The translations under genes were made by a program, and so were the position numbers. A DNA stretch of 24,961 nt from Elusimicrobiota bacterium (GTDB taxonomy: Bacteria; Elusimicrobiota; Elusimicrobia; Elusimicrobiales; UBA9959), in assembly GCA_027340875.1 (NCBI GenBank), contig DAIENX010000071.1:1-24961 (forward strand), in the 5' to 3' direction. Below, piece by piece: positions 1-10,165 of this stretch; within the stretch, counting starts at the first letter, position 1; every line of letters starts with the position of its first letter. The notes below the pieces were generated by a model that saw only the letters and a list, made by a program, of their open reading frames with translations, ran no database searches and was not told the origin of the DNA.

Positions 1-9
1 GACGACTGA

Positions 10-258
10 GGAACTTCCGGATTTAGTACAAGTGATTGCACTTTGTCTCGGCGGCGCCACGTGGACCGGAACGCAAAACGCGCGGGGACCTGTCGCTTCG
101 CTCCATCCGTCCACACCGTGGCCTCGCTCATCATTCGGGCAAGAAAGTGTCGCTTCGCTCCACGCGGCGCTGTGCAAGCCTCGCCCTCACGAAGGTTTTG
201 CTAACCCGGTCCCAGCGTCGCCGCCGGGGGACTGTTCAAGTGATTCCCGGAAGAACCT
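10..258 (+). ncRNA. Candidate structured non-coding element: long irregular hairpin (6S RNA-like rod, or REP/MITE-like palindrome)
   Basis: Nested helices read from the sequence: 14-20 CTTCCGG/247-253 CCGGAAG, 47-56/219-228, 63-69 GGACCGG/206-212 CCGGTCC, 73-79 GCAAAAC/195-201 GTTTTGC. There is a large internal bubble (21-44 vs 233-246), and the element ends just before an intrinsic terminator. The family identity is not established. Confidence 0.35.
91..184. repeat. Two-copy imperfect direct repeat, 57-nt period
   Basis: TGTCGCTTCGCTCCA at 91-105 and 148-162, and GCCTCGC at 121-127 and 178-184, both offset by 57 nt. Confidence 0.8.
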
Positions 259-263
259 AAAAT

Positions 264-293
264 AAAAAACCCCGCTTTGAAGCGGGGTTTTTT
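264..293. terminator. Bidirectional intrinsic terminator
   Basis: AAAAAACCCCGCT-TTGA-AGCGGGGTTTTTT is a perfect inverted repeat with a T-run on both strands, lying just past the stop of the minus-strand 311..829 gene. Confidence 0.9.
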
Positions 294-310
294 ACCGGCG
301 CCGGAGGCTC

Positions 311-829
311 TCAGTCGCCGCTCTTGGCGTCCTCTTTCTTCTCCGCCTTATCCCCTTCCGTCTTCTCTTCCTGGGCGGGCTTAGCCTCCCCTGCGGGCTT
401 TTCCTCCGCGGCAGGCTTGACCGCCTCCTCGGCGGGCAGGTTGGCCAGCGCGTCCTTGGCGTCCTGGACGAAGAAGCTGTCCGGGTTGTCCTTCAGGAAC
501 TTCTTCAGCGCCGCCCGGCCGCCCTCCACGTCGCCGTTCACGACCTGTTCCACCGCGGCGGTCAGGCCGGCCTTCTCGTCGGCCAGCTTCTTCTGCGCGC
601 TTTCGGAGACGGTGTCCTTCCAGTAGGGCGCGAAGGCGTCCTTGTTCTTGTCGGCCCCGCGCACGGCGGCCACGGCGCTTACGCGCGTCTTGGACTGCAG
701 CCTGGTCTGCACCTTGGTCTTAAGACCCTTGAGCATGTTGTTGTACCAGGACTTCCAGCCGCCCTGATCCGCCGCCTGTACCGTTCCCACCGCGAACATC
801 AGCGCCAGCGCTGCTATGATCTTCTTCAT
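311..829 (-). CDS. Secreted hypothetical protein with a TPR-like helical pair and a low-complexity acidic/Lys-rich tail
   Basis: Signal peptide MKKIIAALALMFAVGTVQA; RBS GGAGG upstream; FLKDNPDSFFVQDAKDAL resembles TPR/YbgF-type helices; lies 18 nt after the large gene's stop, so probably co-transcribed. Confidence 0.85.
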   Translation of the reverse strand: MKKIIAALALMFAVGTVQAADQGGWKSWYNNMLKGLKTKVQTRLQSKTRVSAVAAVRGADKNKDAFAPYWKDTVSESAQKKLADEKAGLTAAVEQVVNGDVEGGRAALKKFLKDNPDSFFVQDAKDALANLPAEEAVKPAAEEKPAGEAKPAQEEKTEGDKAEKKEDAKSGD

Positions 830-847
830 GGCTTTACCCTCCTCCCG

Positions 848-3800
848 CTACTTCGCTATCAGCTTGGCAACCTCGGACTGGTTGCCGTCCATCTTGACCG
901 CCTTGTCCGCAAAGACCTTTGCATCCTCTTTCTTGCCCATACGGGCCGCGTTGCGGGCCAGGTTGAGCCAGATGCCCGCGTCGGCCGGATCGGCCTTGGA
1001 GGCCTTGAAGAAGTAGTCCTGGGCCTCGTCGTATTTCTTCTGCAGGTAGCGCAGGCTGCCCATGTCGTTCAGCGCCCCGGCGTTGTAGGGCTCCTTCGCC
1101 AGCACCTTGGCGAAGCTGGCGTCGGCCGAGTCGTAATCCCTATAACCGGCGTGCAGGATGCCCAGGTTCAGCGCGGCGCCGGTGTCGTCAGGGTTCTCCT
1201 GCAGTATGGCGCCGTAATACTTCTTCAGGTAGTCGTAGCGGGCCTGCGCCAGCGCCTCTATGGCGGCCTTCACCCTGGCCGCGAGGCCCGGATACTCGAA
1301 TTTATCGCCCTCGGCCTCCGGCAGCGTCACGGGCTCGAACTCCGTCAGGGCCTGGCGCACGTCTATCACGTTGGCGTCGGCCTGCGCCTTGCGGTACATC
1401 TCCGCGGCGGAGACCACAGCGTCGTAGAAGCTCTTGCCCACCATCGTCGTCTCGACGCCCACCCAGAGGGTGTTGCCGTGCTTTATCAGGTATTCCTCCG
1501 GTATGCCGACCTCGTTGGCGTCGGTCTTGCCGGTGTCGAACATGATGGCTATGTGGCCCGGCAGGTCGAGCAGCGCGGTATGCAGGCCGGCGGCCTCGAA
1601 CAGCGTGGCGAACAGGGCGGTAAGGTCGTCGCAGTCGCCGCTCTTGAGCTTCATCGTGTTGCGCGGGAACTGCACCGTGTCCAGCACCGGCACGGAGGTC
1701 GACTTGACCGTCGAGTAGGGGCTGACCGGGTCGGCCATGTAGGTCACGCCCATCTCGCCCACCGTCTCCCATACCATCAGCGCGTCGAGCAGCGATTCGT
1801 TGATGTCCTGTCCGTCGGACAGCTCCTTCTTGTCGCGGAGCGCGGCGGCGCGGAAGGTCATGATCGGGCCGTCCTTCACGGTAATGAAGTTGGCCAGGCG
1901 CGCCGGGTTGTCCCAGACTATCGCGTTCTTGGAAAGGACCTTGACCGGCTGGTTCAGCGTGAAGGTCTTCTCGGCGCCGTCCTGGTAATAGGTCAGCGTC
2001 AGCTGGCACTGTATCGGCGTGTCCTCGACTATGCTGAGGATGCGGTTGTTAAGCACCGCGGAAAGCGGCACCTCCGCCTGGGAGCGGGCCTTCACCTCGG
2101 GGACCACGGTGTCGCTGGGGAAGTCCATGAAGTCCTTGAAATTGAAGGAGAGCTTCACGTTGGTGAAGTCCGTGTCGGTATTGTTCTTCACGGTCACCTT
2201 GCCTACCGGGTTCTTCTGGTAGTACTTATAGTTGGCCGAGAAGATGAAGTTGAGCGCCGTCGGCACTATCTCCATGGGCGCGACGTTCTTGTTGACCGCG
2301 GCCGGGGCGGCCGCGGCGGTTTCCGGGACTTTCGGGCCCTTGTAGTAGACCTCCGCCGGGGCCGAGAGGCCGCCCTGCATGCCGCTCACCGAAAGCGCGG
2401 CGGCGTAATAGTAATAGGTGGTGTCCGGGGCCAGGGAAGCATCCTCGAAGGACATGTCCTGCGCGGCGCCGATCTCCTCCGTGTCGCCGCCCGCTCCGAC
2501 CGCGCGGTAGACCTTGAAGCCCTTGGTCCAGGCGTTGGTCCTGGCCTTCCAGGAGAGCTTCACGTTCTTGTCCTCCGCCTTGCCGGCCAGGGCCGTGGGC
2601 TCCTCCGGCAGATAGCTGATGTCGAAGGCCAGCACGCGCGACATCGCCGGGTCCGAGACGTAGATCCTGTCGTCGGCGAAGGAAAGCGATTCCGGCTCCC
2701 AGAGCTCGCGCTCCCCGCGGCCGCGGGCAAAGAAGCTGGCCGTGAACTTGCCGTTCGCGTCGAAGATCTTGACGTTGAACGCGCCCTTGTCCAGGATGTA
2801 GAAGAAGCCTTTGCCGTCGTAGACCAGCGAGGCCGGGTCCTGCAGGCTGCCCGAATCGTCCCAGAGCTTAACGAACTTGCCCATCGAATCAAGGACTATC
2901 ATCTTCTTCAGCTTGGAATCTAGGACGTAGAGGTTCTTGTTCTCGTCGCAGACCACCGAGACCGGGCTCTCCAGCGTGACGTTCCCCAGCTGCGGCCCTT
3001 TGGCGAACATGAACATGCCGTCGCCGCTGAAAGCCTTGATCATCTTGTTCCTGGTGTCGGCGACATAGATGTTGCCGAGGGAGTTGACGGCGATGGAGCT
3101 GGGAGAGCGGAACTCGCCCTCGCCGGAGCCGCTCTCGCCGAACATGTTATCGTAGGTGCCGTCGGGGTTGAAGATCTCCACCCTGTCGTTGCCGGTGTCG
3201 GCCACGTAGATCTTCCCGCCCTTGCCGACGAAGATGCCGCGCGGCGAGCGCAGCTGCCCCTGCTGCTTGCCCTCGCGGACCAGCGTCTTCTTGGTCTCCC
3301 CGTCGAAGAGGTCCAGCTCCCTGGCCTTGGGCATCCAGGCTATCACCTTGCCGCCCGGGACGGCGGTGAACACGTCCGCCTCGTACGGGAACTTGGCGGC
3401 GGGGCCTTTGGCCATGAACCGGTCCAGTATGGCGGCCTCCTTGAGCCTCGGGCCCTTGTAGGCTGTCTCCACCGTGATCAGCACGACCTTCCTGTTGTCG
3501 GAATCGCAGAGGTACAGCGTCCCGTTCCTGTCTATGGCGATGTCGCAGAGGTTGCGGAACTCGCTCTTACCCTTGCCCCGCGTGCCGAAAGTGCCGACCT
3601 TATCGCCGGTCTCGGAAAGCTCCATCACCTTGCCGTCCTTGGCGTTTATCGCGTAGGCGAAACCGTACTTGTCGAAAGCCGCCCCGTTATTGGGCATGTT
3701 GTACTCTTTCAGCAGCTTGCCGGTGCGGTCGTAGCGCTGCAGCACGCCCTTGTCCGGGTCTGACACCAGGATGTCGCCCGCCCGGCTGAGGGAGATCTTG

Positions 3801-4312
3801 GCCGGCTTGAGTTTGGCGGAACCGTCCTGCTTCGCCACAGGGAAGCCGTACAGGTAGATGCCGTCGGCGTTGAACACGTCGACGCTGGAGTTGCCGGTGT
3901 TGGAGACGTAGACCCTGTCGTCGGGGCCGTAGGCTATGCCCTCGGGGGATTTCAGCTGCCCGGGATCGCTGCCGCCGCTGGAGAACGTCCACAGCAGCTT
4001 GCCGTCCGCGTCGAACACGGCGACGCGGGAGTTGCCCGTGTCCGCCACGTAGATGCGGCCGTTCCCGAAAGCAACCGCCTCCGGGGACTTTATTCCGCCC
4101 TCCATCTTGGCGAGCTGCTTGCCGTCGCCGTCGAACGCGAATACAGCGTTAGCCTTTGAGTCGGCCACGAAGATCCTGCCCGGGGCGACCGCCACGGCCG
4201 AAGGCCGCTGCAGGGCCTGGCTCTGGACCAGGCTCTTGAACTCTATCTTCTCGTAGGCGTGGACGCTCGCGGCCGACGCCAGCAGAACGGCAGAGAATAT
4301 CGTACGGATCAT
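848..4312 (-). CDS. Secreted multidomain protein: NHL-repeat beta-propellers + fibronectin type III + Ig-like region + transglutaminase-like domain + C-terminal TPRs
   Basis: Signal peptide; many NHL repeats (GQLKSPEGIA, IYVADTGNSRV, GQLRSPRGI, GEFRSPSSIAV); FN3 signature (VKLSW...FKVYR...LAPDTTYYY); GDCDD...H...ETT motif; TPRs (AALNLGILH, ALNDMGSLRYLQKKYDEAQDYFFKA); RBS GGGGAGG. Confidence 0.9.
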   Translation of the reverse strand: MIRTIFSAVLLASAASVHAYEKIEFKSLVQSQALQRPSAVAVAPGRIFVADSKANAVFAFDGDGKQLAKMEGGIKSPEAVAFGNGRIYVADTGNSRVAVFDADGKLLWTFSSGGSDPGQLKSPEGIAYGPDDRVYVSNTGNSSVDVFNADGIYLYGFPVAKQDGSAKLKPAKISLSRAGDILVSDPDKGVLQRYDRTGKLLKEYNMPNNGAAFDKYGFAYAINAKDGKVMELSETGDKVGTFGTRGKGKSEFRNLCDIAIDRNGTLYLCDSDNRKVVLITVETAYKGPRLKEAAILDRFMAKGPAAKFPYEADVFTAVPGGKVIAWMPKARELDLFDGETKKTLVREGKQQGQLRSPRGIFVGKGGKIYVADTGNDRVEIFNPDGTYDNMFGESGSGEGEFRSPSSIAVNSLGNIYVADTRNKMIKAFSGDGMFMFAKGPQLGNVTLESPVSVVCDENKNLYVLDSKLKKMIVLDSMGKFVKLWDDSGSLQDPASLVYDGKGFFYILDKGAFNVKIFDANGKFTASFFARGRGERELWEPESLSFADDRIYVSDPAMSRVLAFDISYLPEEPTALAGKAEDKNVKLSWKARTNAWTKGFKVYRAVGAGGDTEEIGAAQDMSFEDASLAPDTTYYYYAAALSVSGMQGGLSAPAEVYYKGPKVPETAAAAPAAVNKNVAPMEIVPTALNFIFSANYKYYQKNPVGKVTVKNNTDTDFTNVKLSFNFKDFMDFPSDTVVPEVKARSQAEVPLSAVLNNRILSIVEDTPIQCQLTLTYYQDGAEKTFTLNQPVKVLSKNAIVWDNPARLANFITVKDGPIMTFRAAALRDKKELSDGQDINESLLDALMVWETVGEMGVTYMADPVSPYSTVKSTSVPVLDTVQFPRNTMKLKSGDCDDLTALFATLFEAAGLHTALLDLPGHIAIMFDTGKTDANEVGIPEEYLIKHGNTLWVGVETTMVGKSFYDAVVSAAEMYRKAQADANVIDVRQALTEFEPVTLPEAEGDKFEYPGLAARVKAAIEALAQARYDYLKKYYGAILQENPDDTGAALNLGILHAGYRDYDSADASFAKVLAKEPYNAGALNDMGSLRYLQKKYDEAQDYFFKASKADPADAGIWLNLARNAARMGKKEDAKVFADKAVKMDGNQSEVAKLIAK

Positions 4313-4405
4313 TACAGCCTCCCCTTTTTACGCGCGGAAGGCCGCCTGACGGCGGCCGACCCCACCGGGAGCGGACGTCGGCCCCGGTAAAGGCCTTACG
4401 CGCAT

Positions 4406-4436
4406 ATTCTATTAAATATTCGCTGCCGGTGCGCAA
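4406..4436 (-). promoter_or_regulatory. Putative sigma70 promoter of the NHL gene
   Basis: Minus strand TTGCGC-19 nt-TAGAAT in an AT-rich patch of the divergent intergenic region. Confidence 0.4.
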
Positions 4437-4463
4437 GCGCGGCCCGCGCCGGGCCGCCCTGGC

Positions 4464-4493
4464 TTGCCTCCTTCGCGCGTTTTATTTTATTAT
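4464..4493 (+). promoter_or_regulatory. Putative sigma70 promoter of the sdh operon
   Basis: TTGCCT-18 nt-TATTAT within a very AT-rich island upstream of sdhC. Confidence 0.5.
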
Positions 4494-4542
4494 TATTAAG
4501 TCGTCACTTCCGCACATAAAACTGGAGCATTCACCGTATACT

Positions 4543-5226
4543 ATGGATATTACCTTCTTAAAACGCTTCGTCACGACGTCAATAGGCAGGAAGGCGGTCA
4601 TGGCCCTGACGGGCCTCATGCTGGGCGGCTTCGTGGTGGTCCACCTGGCCGAGAACCTCCTGCTCCTCAAAGGCCAGGCGGCCTACAACGGCTGGGTGGA
4701 GATGCTGCTCTCCAACCCGGCCACTCCGCTGCTCGAACTGGGCCTTCTCGCTATATTCGTGGCCCACATCATAACCGGCGCCTGGGTGCGCGTGGAGGAC
4801 TTCCTGAACGCCCCGCGCGGCTACGAGGCCCGGCGCTGGCAGGGCGGCAGGACGATAGGCTCGGCGACGATGCTCTATACCGCCGCGGCCATCCTGCTGT
4901 ACCTGGCCTACCACCTGCTGACCTTCCGCTTCGTGGACCACTCGATGGGCTTCTACGAAATGGTCACGGCCGCTTTCCGCAGCCCGGTATTCGTCGGCAT
5001 CTATGTCGCCGGAGCGCTCGCGCTGGCGCTGCATCTCAGCCACGGCATGCAGAGCGCCTTCCAGACGCTGGGCGTCAACCATCCCAAGTACACGCCCGTC
5101 ATCAAGACCGCCGGGATGATCATAGCCGTCGCGATGCTGGGCTTCGCCCTGATCTCGGTGCATTTTCTGCTCAACATGGACCTAAAGGCCGCCGAAGCCG
5201 GCTTCCCGGTCACGGTGATAAAGTAA
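4543..5226 (+). CDS. sdhC: Succinate dehydrogenase/fumarate reductase cytochrome b subunit (b558 family)
   Basis: [12 protein letters not shown]...FVVVHL and [14 protein letters not shown] motifs, about five TM helices with heme-ligand His. Start moved to ATG 4543 because the longer ORF runs through the promoter. Confidence 0.92.
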   Translation: MDITFLKRFVTTSIGRKAVMALTGLMLGGFVVVHLAENLLLLKGQAAYNGWVEMLLSNPATPLLELGLLAIFVAHIITGAWVRVEDFLNAPRGYEARRWQGGRTIGSATMLYTAAAILLYLAYHLLTFRFVDHSMGFYEMVTAAFRSPVFVGIYVAGALALALHLSHGMQSAFQTLGVNHPKYTPVIKTAGMIIAVAMLGFALISVHFLLNMDLKAAEAGFPVTVIK

Positions 5227-5236
5227 CGGAGGAACG

Positions 5237-7150
<1,914 letters not shown>

Positions 7151-7163
7151 ACCGGAGACCGAC

Positions 7164-7931
7164 ATGAAAAAAGAGAAACACTTCAACATAACCGTACGCG
7201 CCTGGCGCCAGGCCGGCCCCGGGGAGCCCGGCAAGATGGTCTCCTACAAGGTCAAGGACGTGTCCCCCGACATGTCCTTCCTCGAGATGCTCGACGTCCT
7301 GAACGACGAGCAGCTGAAGAAGGGCGACGCCCCGATAGCCTTCGAGAGCGACTGCCGCGAGGGCATCTGCGGCTGCTGCGGCCTGGTGGTGAACGGCGAC
7401 GTGCACGGCCCGGACGAGCATTCCACCGTCTGCCAGCTGCACATGCGCCGGTTCAAGGACGGCGACGTGGTCACGGTGGAGCCGTGGCGCGTAAAGGCCT
7501 TCCCGGTCATCAAGGACCTGGTGGTGGACCGCTCCGCCCTCGACCGCGTGATGCAGGCCGGCGGCTTCATCTCCGTGAACACCGGAGCCGCGCCGGACGC
7601 CAACTCCATACCGGTGGACAAGGACAAGGCCGAGGAAGCCATGGACTCCGCCGCGTGCATAGGCTGCGGCGCCTGCGTCGCCTCCTGCCCCAACGGGGCG
7701 GCCATGCTGTTCACCGGCGCCAAGATCTCCCAGCTCGCCATGCTGCCGCAGGGCGAGCCGGAGAGGCGCGTGCGCGCGCTGAACATGGTAGCCGCGATGG
7801 ACAAAGAGGGCTTCGGCAACTGCACCAACGAGTACGAGTGCGAGGCCGTCTGCCCCAAGCAGATCAAGGCCGCCAACATCGCCCGCATGAACCGCGAGTT
7901 CCTGCTGGCGAACCTGTTCTCTAAGCGCTGA
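7164..7931 (+). CDS. sdhB: Succinate dehydrogenase/fumarate reductase iron-sulfur subunit
   Basis: CREGICGCC [2Fe-2S] motif plus CIGCGACVASCP and CTNEYECEAVCP cluster motifs. Confidence 0.97.
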   Translation: MKKEKHFNITVRAWRQAGPGEPGKMVSYKVKDVSPDMSFLEMLDVLNDEQLKKGDAPIAFESDCREGICGCCGLVVNGDVHGPDEHSTVCQLHMRRFKDGDVVTVEPWRVKAFPVIKDLVVDRSALDRVMQAGGFISVNTGAAPDANSIPVDKDKAEEAMDSAACIGCGACVASCPNGAAMLFTGAKISQLAMLPQGEPERRVRALNMVAAMDKEGFGNCTNEYECEAVCPKQIKAANIARMNREFLLANLFSKR

Positions 7932-7953
7932 GCCCGGAAGGGCCCGGCAGTCG

Positions 7954-7982
7954 GCGCGGGACCCGCTTCGGCGGGCCCGCGC
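7954..7982 (+). terminator. Stable intergenic hairpin with cUUCGg loop (weak terminator or mRNA stabiliser)
   Basis: GCGCGGG-A-CCCGC-TTCG-GCGGG-CCCGCGC followed only by TTCATTAT, between sdhB and the fumarase gene. Confidence 0.5.
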
Positions 7983-8006
7983 TTCATTATCAGAAAGGAG
8001 AGACCC

Positions 8007-9626
8007 ATGCCCGAGTTCAAGTACGCCGAACTTTTCGAGAACGCCAAGCCCAAGTGCTCCTTCCGCCTGGTCACGAAGGAGGGCGTAAAGGTGACGAAGG
8101 CCGGGGACCGCGAGGTCCTGGAAGTCTCCCCGGGAACGCTGACGCTGCTGGCCCGCGAGGCCATGCGCGACATCTCCTTCCTGCTGCGCCGCGCGCACAA
8201 CGAGCAGGTGGCGGCCATCTTCTCCGACCCCGAGGCCTCCGACAACGACAGGTTCGTGGCCTACTGCATGCTCGAGAACGCGGCTATCTCGGCCGGGTTC
8301 GAGCTCCCGTTCTGCCAGGACACCGGCACCGCCACGATAGTGGGCAAGAAAGGCGAGCAGGTCTGGACGCGCAGCAACGACGAGGAGCTGCTGACCAAGG
8401 GCGTCTGGGAGACCTACACCGGCGAGAACCTGCGCTATTCCCAGAACCTGCCGAAGGACATGTACGCGGAGAAGAACTCGGCCAACAACCTGCCCGCGCA
8501 GATCGACATCTATTCGAAGCCCGGCATGACCTACGACCTGCTGTTCGTGGCCAAGGGCGGCGGCTCCGGCAACAAGACGATGCTCTACCAGGAGACCAAG
8601 GCCACGCTCACCCCGGAGAAGCTCAAGCCTTTCCTGGTCGAGAAGATGAAGGCCCTCGGCACCGCGGCCTGCCCCCCCTACCATATAGCCTTCGTGGTCG
8701 GCGGCACCTCCGCCGAGATGTGCCTGAAGAACGTCAAGCTGCTCTCGGCCGGCTATTACGACGGCCTCCCGGATAGCCCGGGCGAGACCGGCCGCGCCTT
8801 CCGCGACCGGAAGCTCGAGGCCGAGCTGCTGGAGGCCTCCCGCCATATCGGCTTCGGGGCGCAGTTCGGCGGCAAGTACTTCGCCCACGACGTACGCGTG
8901 CTGCGCCTGCCCCGCCACGGCGCGTCGGCGCCCATAGGCATCGGCGTCTCCTGCTCGGCCGACCGCAACGCCTTCGCCCGCATAGACCGCGACGGCGTCT
9001 GGCTCGAGGAGCTGGACCGCAACCCCGGCGACCTCATCCCGAAGGAGATACGCGCGAAGTACTCCTCCTGCACCAACTGCGTCAGCGTGGACCTGAACAG
9101 GCCGATGCCGGAGGTCCTCAAGCAGCTTTCGCAGTACCCGATAGGCACCAGGCTGTCGCTCAACGGCCGCATAGTCGTCGCGCGCGACCAGGCGCACGCG
9201 AAGTTCAAGGAGCTGCTGGACGCCGGCAAGCCCCTGCCGGAGTACCTGCTCAGGCACCCGGTCTACTACGCCGGCCCGGCCAAACAGCCGAAGAACAAGG
9301 CGTCCGGCTCGTTCGGGCCCACCACCGCCGGCCGCATGGACTCCTACGTAGAGCTGCTGCAGTCCAAAGGCGCCTCGATGGTGATGATAGCCAAGGGCAA
9401 CCGCTCGCAGGCCGTCACCGACGCCTGCAAAAAGAACGGCGGCTTCTACCTGGGCTCCCCCGGCGGTCCGGCCGCCCTGCTGGCCGACCGCAACATCAGG
9501 AAGGTGGAGCAGCTGGACTACCCCGAGCTCGGCATGGAGGCGGTCTGGGCGATCGAAGTGGAGGACTTCCCGGCCTTCGTCCTGGTGGACGACAAAGGCG
9601 GAGATTTTTTCAGGAACCTTAAGTAG
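8007..9626 (+). CDS. fumA: Class I (Fe-S) fumarate hydratase, fused alpha/beta
   Basis: CQDTG, KGGGSx[37 protein letters not shown] motifs; RBS AAGGAG. Confidence 0.96.
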   Translation: MPEFKYAELFENAKPKCSFRLVTKEGVKVTKAGDREVLEVSPGTLTLLAREAMRDISFLLRRAHNEQVAAIFSDPEASDNDRFVAYCMLENAAISAGFELPFCQDTGTATIVGKKGEQVWTRSNDEELLTKGVWETYTGENLRYSQNLPKDMYAEKNSANNLPAQIDIYSKPGMTYDLLFVAKGGGSGNKTMLYQETKATLTPEKLKPFLVEKMKALGTAACPPYHIAFVVGGTSAEMCLKNVKLLSAGYYDGLPDSPGETGRAFRDRKLEAELLEASRHIGFGAQFGGKYFAHDVRVLRLPRHGASAPIGIGVSCSADRNAFARIDRDGVWLEELDRNPGDLIPKEIRAKYSSCTNCVSVDLNRPMPEVLKQLSQYPIGTRLSLNGRIVVARDQAHAKFKELLDAGKPLPEYLLRHPVYYAGPAKQPKNKASGSFGPTTAGRMDSYVELLQSKGASMVMIAKGNRSQAVTDACKKNGGFYLGSPGGPAALLADRNIRKVEQLDYPELGMEAVWAIEVEDFPAFVLVDDKGGDFFRNLK

Positions 9627-9751
9627 ACGGAACTTCTATCGAGAGCGCTGTTCCAGGCGGATCATCGGGGACTGAACCCCGCGTTTCACGCCGAGGGAAA
9701 TGCCGCGCGGCGGTCGCTATAGCCGCCGGCACTCGCATTTAAGGAGGCCTA

Positions 9752-10165
9752 TTGTTCAGGATCTCCGGTCCGGACGGCGACGCCTGGCTGGAAGCCGAGG
9801 CTTCCGGGCCGGGACCGCTGTTCGAGGACCTGGCCCTCGGCCTTTACGCCCTCAGCTGCGGCGCGCCCGGCATAGCGCCTGCCGAGTCCCGCCGGGTCTC
9901 GCTGTCCGCGGAAAGCCCGCAGGCGCTGGCGGTGGCCTTCCTCAACGAGCTGGTCTTCCTGATGGACACGGAGGGCTTCGTGGCCTCCTCGGTAAAGGCG
10001 GAGGTTTCGCTGGCCGTGGGCTGCGCCGTCGGCGCGGAGCTCGCCGGGGAAACGGGCGCTTTCGCCCGGCGTAAGGGCATACTGGTGAAGGCCGCCACCT
10101 ACCACGGCCTGGAGGTAGCGGAAAAGGACGGCCGCTGGAAGGCCAGGGTGATGCTGGACATATGA
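9752..10165 (+). CDS. Archease (RtcB activator), divergent N-terminus
   Basis: VAFLNELVFL, VKAATYH and terminal LDI are archease signatures; TTG start after AAGGAGG; ATGA overlap with rtcB. Confidence 0.88.
   Translation: MFRISGPDGDAWLEAEASGPGPLFEDLALGLYALSCGAPGIAPAESRRVSLSAESPQALAVAFLNELVFLMDTEGFVASSVKAEVSLAVGCAVGAELAGETGAFARRKGILVKAATYHGLEVAEKDGRWKARVMLDI

Noticed and set aside
1..9. GAC GAC TGA as the possible end of an upstream gene
   Set aside because: Too little sequence to support.
91..184. Possible mini CRISPR array
   Set aside because: Only two 15-nt copies, partial similarity continues in the spacer, and there are no cas genes.
32..265. Short + strand ORFs 32..265 and 36..260
   Set aside because: GTG/TTG starts without RBS, atypical composition, and they coincide with the palindromic element.
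330..430. KPA-EE repeats in the small secreted protein
   Set aside because: Low-complexity protein tail, not an independent DNA repeat.
1151..2923. 590-aa antisense ORF (likewise 5210..7234, 7122..9257, 10174..11370, 11591..12832, 12943..14271, 16203..17297, 17341..18471, 18635..19693)
   Set aside because: Shadow ORFs opposite well-supported genes, expected from strong GC3 bias; no recognisable motifs.
4429..4542. N-terminal extensions in the ORF track for sdhC (also GT4 11615, EamA 14244, thiD 19858)
   Set aside because: The extensions run through promoters or neighbouring genes; internal ATGs match family lengths or translational coupling.
9634..9680. SAM-I riboswitch-like fragments (ATCGAGAG, GGGACTG)
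   Set aside because: Spacing is wrong, the GCAACC and GGTGC elements and the P1 3' strand are missing, and the downstream genes are unrelated to sulfur metabolism.
9666..9681. tRNA gene on the minus strand (T-arm-like hairpin)
   Set aside because: 6-nt loop and no acceptor, D or anticodon arms; kept only as part of a low-confidence structured spacer.
9624..9722. In-frame open stretch after the fumarase TAG (read-through?)
   Set aside because: The fumarase is already complete at the TAG, and about 30 open codons is unremarkable at this GC content.
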